Source: a virus. From it: a stretch of DNA of 41,822 bases. Position numbers and translations under genes: made by a program. The notes under the pieces are model-generated. The model ran no database searches and was not told the origin of the DNA. It saw nothing but the letters and a program-made list of their open reading frames with translations. Of the stretch, positions 25,701-34,446 are shown in pieces. The stretch lies in the IMG/VR virus record IMGVR_UViG_3300038682_000017; one strand, written 5' to 3'. Position 1 is the first letter of the stretch. Every line of letters starts with the position of its first letter.

Positions 25701-28700
25701 ATGCTGATGAGCTAGTTGAATCAGGTGAGTTTGAATTAGATTTCACTTCCCCTAAACCGAAGCTGATCACCGATGCGGTAAATGAAGTTCGTAAAATCCG
25801 TGAAGGTTTTGATCAACAGAAATTTGCTGAAGACTTGGCTAAGAAGAATCAGAACAAGAAACTACGTTCTGACTTTAAAGAGTGGATGAATGAAACCTAT
25901 GCTGACATGTTAGTTAAACGTCAGCTATTTAAAGGCTACACACCAGCAGGTGACCGTAAGTATGCTGAATACACTTTGAATAATGTTGTCCGTGAGATGA
26001 CAAGAACATTGCAAGGCGGTGAAGGTTTTAACTATGGTGTTGCGTCAGTTCGCTCACGTTACGCTAATGAACTGTCTACAAAAGAAAAGGTGCAAGCTGT
26101 ACGTGATAAAATTATCTCATCAGATGAAATGTCAAAGATTAAAGACGAAGCTGCTGAGAAATTTGAAAAAGCATTAGAAGAATTGAAACCTTATTACAAG
26201 TTCGATTCTGACAGTTGGGGCTATGGTAGTGATGTTGCTGAAGCAATCACACAAGGTCCATCTGGTGTACGTGAAGCATTCGGTAATAGTCCTGAAGCTA
26301 GAAAGATTATTGATGAACTCGGTAAATATTTAGCATCGTTACCAACTGAGTATTTTGAAGCTAAAGTACAACGTGCTATGGATTTTTCAGAGTTCAACAC
26401 CGCTATTGTTCCTAAAAGTGCATCAAAGAAAACTGTTGATACTTTGAAATCGAAAGGTTTAAAAATTCGCAGATACGATCCTAATGTTGAAGGTTCACGT
26501 GCTGAAGTAATTGCTAAACAAACACGTTTACTTTTCCAAGATCAACCTGACACCGGTAAAGCTCGTGGTTACTACGACCCTGAGAACAGTATCATCAGAC
26601 TGACTGAATCTGCTGACCTGTCAACATTCCTGCACGAATTCGCTCACTTCATGTATGAGATGGAAGTGCAGTCAGGTACTGAGTTGAATGACAGCATCAA
26701 CAACTGGTACAAGCGCAATGCTAAAGAAGTTGCTGCTGAAGCGACTAAGAACCTCAACGGTAACTTTGACCCACTGAAGCAGGGTGAACGTGTTACTGAT
26801 GAAAAACAGACGGTGAATGAAGCGAGTGTCATCAACTACCTTGACACCGGTACTTCAGGAAACCGTGACAAAGATGCTGCAATTCGTCGTGCTGTACATG
26901 AACAGTTTGCTCGTGGGTTCGAGACTTACCTGATGGAAGGTAAAGCACCAAGTATTGAACTGCGTAACGCATTCAGAACCTTTGCACGTTGGTTGTCTCA
27001 GATTTATCAAGCATTCCGTGGTAACTTGAACGTGACACTCGACAACGAGATGCGTCAAGTATTTGACCGTTTGCTTGCTACTGAAGAACAGATTGCTGCT
27101 GCTGAGTCACGTGCACGTGTTGAACCAATGTTCACCGATGCTGCAATGGCTGGTATGACTGCTGAAGAATTCGCTGACTATCAGAAGCGTCAGGGTAAAG
27201 TTAAGGACGTACAGTCTGAGACACTGCGTGACAAGATGATTGCTGCTATCACCCGTAAGACTGAACAGTGGTGGAAAGAAGAAAAAGCTGACCTAGTTGA
27301 TGAAGAGATGGGTCGTCTAGCCGGTGAAAAAGTTTACTCGACTGCTACACGTCTTCGTGATGGTGACATCAAACTTGACCATGCAACCGTGAAAGAGATG
27401 ATCGGTGAAGAACGTACTGACAAGCTGGGTCGCAAGTCTATACGCATTCCTGATCAACTTCGTGGTATGACGGCAAAAGGTCAGAAAGGTATACAACCTG
27501 ATGAAGCTGCTGCATTCTTCGGTTACAACTCAGGTGCTGAGATGTTGAACGACCTGACCACTGCACCATCGATGCGTGAGACTGCTGAAGCTAATGCTGA
27601 GTCACGTATGACTGAGCGACACGGTGACCCGTTCACTGATGGTACGATTGAACGACTTGCTGATGAAGCAGTGCAGAATGAAGAACGTGGTAAGCTGATC
27701 CTGCATGAATTGAAGATGCTTGCACGTGGTACTAATCAGCGCACCATTGACCGTCAAACAATGAAATCGGTTGCTGAAGAACGTATCGGTCAGTTGTCAT
27801 TCCGTGAGATTCACCCTGGTAAATATCGCAAGGCTGAGATTCGAGCTGCACAAGAAGCTGCACGTATGCTGGCTGAAGGTAACAAAGAAGGTGCTGCTCA
27901 AGCTAAAGCACGTCAAGCATTGAACTATTACCTCGGTATGGCTGCGACTGAAGCGAAGAATAACACGGTGAAAATCGTTGACCGTATGGGTCGCTACAGT
28001 AAGAAGAAAGTGCGTGAGGAAATTCAGAAAGCTGAAGGTGGGTACTGGGAACAGATCACCAAGATACTTGATCGCTTTGAATTCAGAAAAACTGCATCAC
28101 TTGCTCAGGTTGATCAACTTAATCAGGACATCAACACCTGGTCAAAAGAACGTATGGACGTACACGGTGACGGACTGGTGCTGCACAATGCAGTGTTGAA
28201 TGAGTCTTATGTTACCCATTGGAAGAATGTTGCTTATAGTGACCTTCAGGGTATCGATGACTCAGTGCGTAACATCGAACACGTTGCACGTTACTCGAAC
28301 AAACTCACTCGTATGGGTGAAGAGATTGAGTATAACAAACTTGTTGAAAAGCTGGTGGCAACTGCTGCTGAAACAGGTACTGGTCGATTCAAGAAGAGTG
28401 CAAGTACTGCTGATGACCTGAGCTGGATTGAACGTAAGGGTCGATGGGCTATGGCTCAGATGACTAAGATACCTTACATGATGTCATGGATGGACGGTGT
28501 TGAACGAGTAGGTACATGGTTCACCACGTTCTCACAACCGATGACGGATGCTTACAATGCTGAGTTAGAGTTGTTTGAAGAAGTGGGTAAACCTGTTATC
28601 GATATGATTCAGAACCGTAGCAAAGAAGACATGAAGCGTCACAACACTACATTCTTCATACCTGAAATCAAAGGTACAGCAAACGGTACTCACACCGGTA

Positions 28701-30430
28701 ACTTGAAAGGTCATGAGATTATTGCAGTCGCATTGAACACTGGTAACGAAGGTAACTTGAAAAAGATGCTACTCGGTGAAGGTTGGGCTAAAGAAGATGG
28801 TAACGACATCAACTTGCAGAACGCTCGACTACAAGCTGTGTTGAAGCACATGACTGAATCAGACTGGCAGATGGTTCAGAAGATTTGGGATCAGATTGAT
28901 ATTCTTTACCCGAAACTTGCTGAAGTGTATCGTCGCACCACTGGACTTGTACCACCTAAAGTTGAAGCTACACCGGTTGAAACACCATACGGTACATTCA
29001 AAGGTGGTTACTACCCTGTTAAGTATGACCCGACTCGTGACAATAAAGCTGCTGAGTTTGAAGAACGTAAAGATGCTGAAGTGGGGTCAATGTTTGCCAG
29101 TAACGCCAGCATTCAAGCATCGGTGAACACTGGTTCAACTAATGAACGTACAGGTTACTACGCACCGATTCACTTGACGTTGAACGTAGTTCCTAATCAT
29201 ATTCAGGAAACCATTCACTATATTACTCACCATGATGCAGTGCGTGAGGTGAACCGTTTACTGCGTGACCCACGGATCAAGGACGCTGTGACTGAGAAAC
29301 TAGGTCCTGAAGAATTCGCACAACTTAAACCGTGGTTGAACGATATTGCTAAAGATGGTCGTAACGCACCTAACAAGTCGATTGTTGATGCAATGTTCAA
29401 CAGACTGCGTTTAGGTACTACACTCGGTGTAATGGGTTTCAAAGCGTCTACCGGTATCATTCAGATTTCAGGTCTGTCTAACACCATTGCTGAAGTGGGT
29501 ATGAAGCCGGTGATGCAGTCAATGCGTACTATACTCGGTAGTGTTGACAGCATGAGAAGTGCCTGGGAGTTTGCCAATGAAAAGTCTAAAGTGCTGAAGC
29601 ATCGTACTAAGACAATGGATCGTGAATTGATGAATGCAATGCAACAGCTCGAAAGTAAGCGTGGTGTATTTGCAGCAATTCAAGAAGCGTCGATGAAACA
29701 TATTGCATTGATTCAGACTTACATGGTTGATTTACCATCATGGCACGCTGCGTACATTAAAGAACTCAGTGAATCTGGTGACGAAAAGAAAGCGTTCCAA
29801 TATGCTGACTGGGTGATTGAAAATGTTCAAGGTTCAGGTGTGACTAAAGACATGGCTGGTCTGATGCGTAACCAGACTAAGACGCACACCATCTTCACCA
29901 TGTTCATGACTTTCTTCAGTGCATTGTGGAACTTACAACGTGATCTGGTGAAAGGTGCTAAGACAGGTAAATACTCGACCACTACTGTTGCAGCTAAAGC
30001 AATGTTCTTGTTCACCATACCAGTATTGTTCGAGATGATGATGCGTGGTGAGTTTGCGAAAGATGACCAAGAACCTGAAGAGTTGTTACAAGAAACACTA
30101 ACTAAGGTCGCATTGTACCCGATTGCATCAATACCTTTTGTACGTGATGCTGCTAACGGTCTATTCAGTGGTTATCAGTACAACGCTTCACCGGTGACCT
30201 CTATCGTTGAGCAAGGTTTACAAGGTTTAAAAGGTGGTGGTAAAGCCGTTCTTACTGATGATGAATTGACAAAGAGTCAGGCTAAATCAATCAGTAAATT
30301 ACTAGGTGCAGGTTTAGGTGTACCAGGTACAGGTCAAGCGTGGGCTTCCGGTGAACATTTATATGATGTCATTGCTGAAGGTGAAGATTTCACCATGCAC
30401 CAGTTCTTATTTGGTCCTGAGCATAAGTAG
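22739..30430 (+). CDS. Giant (2563-aa) internal virion/ejection protein in the T7 gp16 position, with embedded HEXXH zincin-like and GNAT-like modules and a C-terminal multi-TM region.
   Basis: Uninterrupted 7.7-kb ORF coupled by TAATG. HEFAH lies at nt 26633-26647 (aa 1299-1303). HKRQGHASELL lies at about nt 24826-24860. Hydrophobic helices lie at about nt 29400-30150. The position call rests on synteny with T7 gp16. Confidence 0.7.
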   Translation: MPDLDLEKIDLGSFGLNEEDQQQTQLNATVSEAIKVNPDQYIQTVNLSKESGVPEFAVQSNPDQVQHKLKLDKINLEGMTKRAPKTSKFLTDNPNNAVIAQEDVVDNLLEGIEKTFDNIGETIGIGFDIQGRGLLLAGNEATTNRIDDLIPASAMPIGMEFEAQRLSREIATTFGIETDEQLAEAKQEFSDKLIGEIQQLQKERQALTPEDMNIVQEGVRAGVESLANMLPGVALTVASGGRTAPLLFTIGAQTFSGSYGEGRAEGLTPEEARWYAGIDAAIEVGTELLPTGTLERILTGKSTGLKKEALKFIVQEMGTEQLATLGQTLNSYAFDLDQELANAQTVEEMVNIQLRRQAVTAIATVVAGGTQITAATTVNKTIEKLAGTENQIEAQGTVEQRNLDKLNADSVNSKLRERDVESFKQFVREADGENGTTVFIDGVQTALYLQSKTREQIENDPALKTLDNAVRESRQTGADVAIPVDEFMGDVAGTEAYTELRDHMTMSAETVSPFRQEQHKIETQEYVKTLLDEANENASEYVEAQEIYTQVRDQLVDTGVVNPQNASTMAQIVPAWATAQARRTGRSVQEVYESAGLTIEGPQTGELARLEGEQVLTQDFADYFNVKSESQSIGAETGKFNKDGVSKLDAQFTPNENFISRRYVKAKDGEIISFVQVTSTDGGKTATIANAATKDEHKRQGHASELLAEARKDFESVEHSDDLSAEGAAFAAATPQVFEQSVIDDPRNLFVAHNISEAGIAAAEDLGGLAAPSIAVANLDVGGFESFGEITLLADPEVLNDPTFRTFDADIYSARQPRSVDKLDQKKVRQLSDDVDQANQGTGLRPFYEVQEIADLDKDNVFNYWLTTVGKAPKLKKIKATPLSKAVEGVENFDLAESEQLKQAVADIYKKQIDTILGDNPTEAETELAMDIAADWFNVKIPEGVELRWLPDEGSNGSYAYFKGDERVSDVYSRGNRLMSKRLAEKRYADELVESGEFELDFTSPKPKLITDAVNEVRKIREGFDQQKFAEDLAKKNQNKKLRSDFKEWMNETYADMLVKRQLFKGYTPAGDRKYAEYTLNNVVREMTRTLQGGEGFNYGVASVRSRYANELSTKEKVQAVRDKIISSDEMSKIKDEAAEKFEKALEELKPYYKFDSDSWGYGSDVAEAITQGPSGVREAFGNSPEARKIIDELGKYLASLPTEYFEAKVQRAMDFSEFNTAIVPKSASKKTVDTLKSKGLKIRRYDPNVEGSRAEVIAKQTRLLFQDQPDTGKARGYYDPENSIIRLTESADLSTFLHEFAHFMYEMEVQSGTELNDSINNWYKRNAKEVAAEATKNLNGNFDPLKQGERVTDEKQTVNEASVINYLDTGTSGNRDKDAAIRRAVHEQFARGFETYLMEGKAPSIELRNAFRTFARWLSQIYQAFRGNLNVTLDNEMRQVFDRLLATEEQIAAAESRARVEPMFTDAAMAGMTAEEFADYQKRQGKVKDVQSETLRDKMIAAITRKTEQWWKEEKADLVDEEMGRLAGEKVYSTATRLRDGDIKLDHATVKEMIGEERTDKLGRKSIRIPDQLRGMTAKGQKGIQPDEAAAFFGYNSGAEMLNDLTTAPSMRETAEANAESRMTERHGDPFTDGTIERLADEAVQNEERGKLILHELKMLARGTNQRTIDRQTMKSVAEERIGQLSFREIHPGKYRKAEIRAAQEAARMLAEGNKEGAAQAKARQALNYYLGMAATEAKNNTVKIVDRMGRYSKKKVREEIQKAEGGYWEQITKILDRFEFRKTASLAQVDQLNQDINTWSKERMDVHGDGLVLHNAVLNESYVTHWKNVAYSDLQGIDDSVRNIEHVARYSNKLTRMGEEIEYNKLVEKLVATAAETGTGRFKKSASTADDLSWIERKGRWAMAQMTKIPYMMSWMDGVERVGTWFTTFSQPMTDAYNAELELFEEVGKPVIDMIQNRSKEDMKRHNTTFFIPEIKGTANGTHTGNLKGHEIIAVALNTGNEGNLKKMLLGEGWAKEDGNDINLQNARLQAVLKHMTESDWQMVQKIWDQIDILYPKLAEVYRRTTGLVPPKVEATPVETPYGTFKGGYYPVKYDPTRDNKAAEFEERKDAEVGSMFASNASIQASVNTGSTNERTGYYAPIHLTLNVVPNHIQETIHYITHHDAVREVNRLLRDPRIKDAVTEKLGPEEFAQLKPWLNDIAKDGRNAPNKSIVDAMFNRLRLGTTLGVMGFKASTGIIQISGLSNTIAEVGMKPVMQSMRTILGSVDSMRSAWEFANEKSKVLKHRTKTMDRELMNAMQQLESKRGVFAAIQEASMKHIALIQTYMVDLPSWHAAYIKELSESGDEKKAFQYADWVIENVQGSGVTKDMAGLMRNQTKTHTIFTMFMTFFSALWNLQRDLVKGAKTGKYSTTTVAAKAMFLFTIPVLFEMMMRGEFAKDDQEPEELLQETLTKVALYPIASIPFVRDAANGLFSGYQYNASPVTSIVEQGLQGLKGGGKAVLTDDELTKSQAKSISKLLGAGLGVPGTGQAWASGEHLYDVIAEGEDFTMHQFLFGPEHK

Positions 30431-30466
30431 TGATAGACTTTAATCAATTGCAATTTGGAGTGTCAC

Positions 30467-31174
30467 ATGACAGTTAACAGTAAAAAAATTACATCAGGTC
30501 CTTATGATGGGAATGATATTGCTGACACCTTCAGTTATACATTTAAGATTTTTGACAAAAGTGAAGTCAGTGTATATGAAACTGATGACACTGGTGTTGA
30601 AACACTGTTGACTGTTGATAGTGATTACACAGTCACTGGTGTTGGTAATGATGCAGGTGGAACTATAACACGAACAGCAGGTGCTTTACCCACCGGTTAT
30701 CAATGGTTTATTCGATCAAATTTTGAAGAAACTCAGTTGACAGCATTCACGTCACAAGGACCATTCTTCCCCGATTTACATGAAAATGCAATGGATAAGC
30801 TGACATTATTGATTCAGCAGATCCTTGATAAACTTACTAGGACTTTTACTTTATCAGATTCATATACAGGTCCACTTCCGTTATCACTTGAAGATCCTGA
30901 CGCTGGTAAAGTTCTCAGATGGAATCAAGATGAATCAGGTATTGAGAATTTTGATACCGATGCTGCTTATGCGAACATCGACGGTGATACAATGACAGCA
31001 CCGTTAGCAGGTCCTTACAGTCAGAAGTCTGATGATTACATGCCGCAACTTCAGGTCACAGAAGTGATTGATAATCGGATGAGTTCAGCACCTGAGTTTG
31101 ATCCTGAAAGTTTTATAGATTACGGTTTAGTTACCAGCTCGGTGAACGACCAATTTGATTACGGGAGTATATAA
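30467..31174 (+). CDS. Tail fibre/spike adaptor protein.
   Basis: GGAG lies 6 nt upstream of ATG 30467; the ORF-track TTG 30455 is unlikely. The N-terminal pattern GPYDGNDIADTFSYTFKIFDKSEVSVYE...DYTVTG is typical of podophage fibre N-terminal domains. Confidence 0.5.
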   Translation: MTVNSKKITSGPYDGNDIADTFSYTFKIFDKSEVSVYETDDTGVETLLTVDSDYTVTGVGNDAGGTITRTAGALPTGYQWFIRSNFEETQLTAFTSQGPFFPDLHENAMDKLTLLIQQILDKLTRTFTLSDSYTGPLPLSLEDPDAGKVLRWNQDESGIENFDTDAAYANIDGDTMTAPLAGPYSQKSDDYMPQLQVTEVIDNRMSSAPEFDPESFIDYGLVTSSVNDQFDYGSI

Positions 31175-31175
31175 C

Positions 31176-33158
31176 ATGGCTACACAAGTAAAACACCGTC
31201 GTGGTACTAATGCTGAGATTTTAGCTGGTACACCAGCCATCGGTGAACTGTGGTTTAACACCACTGATAATAGCATTCACATGGGGGATGGTGTCACACC
31301 AGGTGGTGTTAAACATGCTCGATTGAAAGATGTGACTATCAAAGATTCTGATACTATTAGTGATGCTTTGAATCGTTCTGATATTGAAGAGGGTCACGTT
31401 GTTCTTGTAAGCGAGATAACAACAGGTAATGGTGGATTCAGTTACTTTGATGTTGTACTAACATCATCTGTTACACCAGACGGTATTGATATTCGTCAAA
31501 GTACAGCGATACCAACATTATCACTGAAGAAGCGTATTGTTAACCGTTTTGGTGGTGTATCACTTGTTTATGATGATGCTAACCAAACTGTAAAAGATGA
31601 CTTGATGCCTGTGTCTGTATCTGAAGATTTTAAAACAAGTTTGGCTATTTATCATTCAGGTATGGCTACAAGTTACGATTTTGTCACAATGCGAGAAGCA
31701 CTTGATTTTCGTAAAAATGTAAACGGTGAATTGTTAAGTCACTCAATGAACTCACTTGTCCTTAACAGTGCTGTTGATTTGACATACGGTGAAAACTTGT
31801 TGAAAACATCAGCAACTGAATTTAGTCAATTCGGTTTTTTACCACGTGGTTTCGTTGCACCAAGTTCAACACTTGATGCTAAATTCAGACCGCAACTTGA
31901 ACAGTCTTTTGATTTTGCTTTCATCCGTTCTGTCGGTGCAGGTGCTGGTATTACAGCAAATAATAACTTCGGTGATGACAGATACAATCTGACAAGGATT
32001 GCCCTTACTGATTCTTTCGGTACGGAAGTTATTACACTAAATGAGGCAAAAGCTTACGTTGATCAAGCAAGAGCTTATGAAGCGTATATTTGTTTTTATG
32101 CTCACACTTTACCTTCTTACATGACAGATTTGATGCAATACATCAAAGACACTTATGTTGTGATGAACCCGTCAGAATGGGTCGGCAATTACTGGGGTCT
32201 GAATAAAGATGTGAGTGTCAAACATCAAGAGAACCTGTTAGTTAATAGTGGTTTCAAACTGATCAATGCGGATGATACAGCACCGTACAAATGGTCTTAT
32301 AACCCTAACACGTTAGTGACACCGACATTAAATATTAATGATGATGAAGGTGGTGCAACTATTGATTTAATCAGTGGTGCAGGTGTCGGTGGTGAAACCG
32401 CTATTTTAAGTCAGAACTATGAATTCACTAAGTTGAATCAGCTAACACCTTTTTGTCTCAGCATATATGCCACTTCATTAGCATCAACCAACACTGATGT
32501 TAAACTGGCACTGTATGCTAAGGATGTATCTAATGTCACAATTGCATCAGTGTCTAAAACATTCACAGTCGCAGGTAATAGACAACGGCTAGAAATTTCT
32601 CAGGCTTTTGTTCCTGATGCTAATGTAGTTCGCATTCTCGCTGAGATAACAATCATTGCTAAAGGTGCTGGTGGTGTTCGTGCAATCATGGATAGTCCAC
32701 AGTTAGAGCGTTCAGGTTTTGCTACACCTTATCGTCTAACAAAGATGAATAAATACTACAGTGTATTAAGACGTACAACAGGGTTAACCGTTAGCCCTAA
32801 TACTGATACATTAATTAATTTTAACGCATCACTCGAAGGTTCTAATAGTATCTTTGATTTAGCAACTGGTAACGCTAAACCCAATGACGGTAGAAATTAT
32901 TTACTACAATGTAATTTCGGTTTACAAGGTATGGTAGCCGGTGATTCTATTGAATGTCACTTACTGATCAATGGTGCACCGTCTAGAAAAGCTATGTTTA
33001 CTGCTGTTGCAGGTACTAACATTTTGAATCCTTCATGGACACTCCGTGGCGATGGTAGAACTTACGCTATCGGTATTCGACACAACAGTGCAGCAGGTAG
33101 GTCAATAACTACTTTTGCTGATGCGACAATGACGGTTACATCAAGTGAGGATCAATAG
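31176..33158 (+). CDS. Tail fibre / receptor-binding protein with an Mtd_N-like N-terminus, a possible CE4 deacetylase-like middle domain and a CBM-like C-terminal domain.
   Basis: GGGAG lies 8 nt upstream of ATG 31176; the ORF-track TTG 31155 overlaps the previous gene. The N-terminus QVKHRRGTNAEILAGTPAIGELWFNTTDNSIHMGDGVTPGG is the common fibre motif shared with the BPP-1 Mtd N-terminal domain. Confidence 0.7.
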   Translation: MATQVKHRRGTNAEILAGTPAIGELWFNTTDNSIHMGDGVTPGGVKHARLKDVTIKDSDTISDALNRSDIEEGHVVLVSEITTGNGGFSYFDVVLTSSVTPDGIDIRQSTAIPTLSLKKRIVNRFGGVSLVYDDANQTVKDDLMPVSVSEDFKTSLAIYHSGMATSYDFVTMREALDFRKNVNGELLSHSMNSLVLNSAVDLTYGENLLKTSATEFSQFGFLPRGFVAPSSTLDAKFRPQLEQSFDFAFIRSVGAGAGITANNNFGDDRYNLTRIALTDSFGTEVITLNEAKAYVDQARAYEAYICFYAHTLPSYMTDLMQYIKDTYVVMNPSEWVGNYWGLNKDVSVKHQENLLVNSGFKLINADDTAPYKWSYNPNTLVTPTLNINDDEGGATIDLISGAGVGGETAILSQNYEFTKLNQLTPFCLSIYATSLASTNTDVKLALYAKDVSNVTIASVSKTFTVAGNRQRLEISQAFVPDANVVRILAEITIIAKGAGGVRAIMDSPQLERSGFATPYRLTKMNKYYSVLRRTTGLTVSPNTDTLINFNASLEGSNSIFDLATGNAKPNDGRNYLLQCNFGLQGMVAGDSIECHLLINGAPSRKAMFTAVAGTNILNPSWTLRGDGRTYAIGIRHNSAAGRSITTFADATMTVTSSEDQ

Positions 33159-33635
33159 ATGATTACAGCACTAATATCAACGATTACAGGTCTGGTATCA
33201 GGGGCAGTTCCTAACCTGTTAAAAGAATGGGGTGCATCTCGTGAACATAATCGTGAAGTTGAGATGCTTAAAATTCAGACGGAGCTACAACTGAAGATTG
33301 CTGAAAGGGAAGGTGAGACTCGTGTTGCTGAGATGGATCGTGAAGTTGACATTGCAGCATATAATTCACAGTCAAAGATTGCAGCAGCAAGTCTGAAGTC
33401 CACCGGTATTACCTGGGTTGACGCATGGAACGGTTCACTCAGACCATTTGCTGTGACTATCATCATCACGTTGTTTGCGGTCATGGCATCGTTTTACACT
33501 TATGCAGTGTTGAGTAGTGTCGAGTCATTACAGGACACGATGAAAGCTGTTGACCTGCTGTGGGGTTCACTCATCGGTGAAGCTATTCAAGCAGTGTTGG
33601 GTTTCTTATTCGGATATAGGTCTGCACGAAAATGA
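33159..33635 (+). CDS. Putative holin (3-TM, GTA-holin-like).
   Basis: It lies directly upstream of, and overlaps, the endolysin gene. It has three hydrophobic segments: ITALISTITGLVSGAV, FAVTIIITLFAVMASFYTYAVL and LLWGSLIGEAIQAVLGFLFG. Confidence 0.5.
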   Translation: MITALISTITGLVSGAVPNLLKEWGASREHNREVEMLKIQTELQLKIAEREGETRVAEMDREVDIAAYNSQSKIAAASLKSTGITWVDAWNGSLRPFAVTIIITLFAVMASFYTYAVLSSVESLQDTMKAVDLLWGSLIGEAIQAVLGFLFGYRSARK

Positions 33636-34114
33636 TCAAAGAAGGGGTCAATCTAGTCATCAGCTTTGAGGGATATTCATCTATCCCTTATCGCTGTTCT
33701 GCTGGCGTATGGACTATCGGGTACGGTACAACTCGTTACCCTGATGGTCGTCGTGTCACTGGTGATGACCCTGAATGCACTAAGGAACAAGCTGAAGCCT
33801 GGTTGCATCATGAACTTGAGAAAGCTGAACGTGCAGTGATTCGTTACACCAGTATTTATCTCAATGACTTGCAGCGTGCAGCATTGGCTAGTTTCGTTTA
33901 CAACCTGGGTAGCGGTGCATTCAGAGCTTCAACACTCAGACGACGTATTAACAGCAACAACTGGGAAGATGTACCGTATCAGTTATCACGGTGGAATAAA
34001 GCCGGTGGACGTGTGCTACGTGGTTTAGTTCGTCGTCGTGCTGCTGAAGCAGAGTTGTGGAATCAAGGTGTTGAGTGTTATGCTTTAACCATATTTAGTA
34101 GAGAAGAACAATGA
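33632..34114 (+). CDS. Endolysin, GH24 (T4/lambda-type) lysozyme.
   Basis: It has the catalytic pattern E-x8-C-x5-T (FEGYSSIPYRCSAGVWTIGYGTT) characteristic of GH24 phage lysozymes. Confidence 0.9.
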   Translation: MIKEGVNLVISFEGYSSIPYRCSAGVWTIGYGTTRYPDGRRVTGDDPECTKEQAEAWLHHELEKAERAVIRYTSIYLNDLQRAALASFVYNLGSGAFRASTLRRRINSNNWEDVPYQLSRWNKAGGRVLRGLVRRRAAEAELWNQGVECYALTIFSREEQ

Positions 34115-34446
34115 AGATGGATCGAAGAGTAACCGATACACAGGTGCTACTGTTGCAACAGAAACTTGATGACCACATTGAGGACTATAAGAAGCATTGT
34201 GAAGATGAAGAACGTAAATGGGATCATCTTATAGCTGCTCAAGAACGTAACACTGAATGTATCAAAGAACTCACACAATCCACTAAAGAACTCACCGACT
34301 CAACACGTGACATTATATCTGCATGGGACGCTGCAAATGGTACAGTTAAAGTTATGTCAGCAGTTGGTAAGTTCATTAAATGGCTCAGTGGTTTAACAGT
34401 GGTAGGTGTTGCAATTAACTGGGTGCTTGAACACCTACCTAAATGA
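34111..34446 (+). CDS. Lysis-cassette accessory protein: coiled coil with a single C-terminal TM helix.
   Basis: 111 aa with ATGA overlap to the endolysin gene. The C-terminal hydrophobic segment is LSGLTVVGVAINWVL. There is no lipobox. Confidence 0.4.
   Translation: MKMDRRVTDTQVLLLQQKLDDHIEDYKKHCEDEERKWDHLIAAQERNTECIKELTQSTKELTDSTRDIISAWDAANGTVKVMSAVGKFIKWLSGLTVVGVAINWVLEHLPK

Noticed and set aside
22739-30430. The giant ORF considered as a virion-packaged RNA polymerase (N4 vRNAP-like).
   Set aside because: I could not find T7-like RNAP motifs (the motif A/B/C pattern with catalytic Asp residues in context). Its position, TAATG coupling and C-terminal TM helices fit a gp16-type ejection protein instead. 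This remains to be excluded formally by profile search.
31176-33158. A diversity-generating retroelement targeting the Mtd-like fibre.
   Set aside because: Only the generic N-terminal fibre motif is shared with Mtd. I found no reverse transcriptase gene, no template-repeat/variable-repeat pair and no C-type-lectin-like C-terminus in the window.
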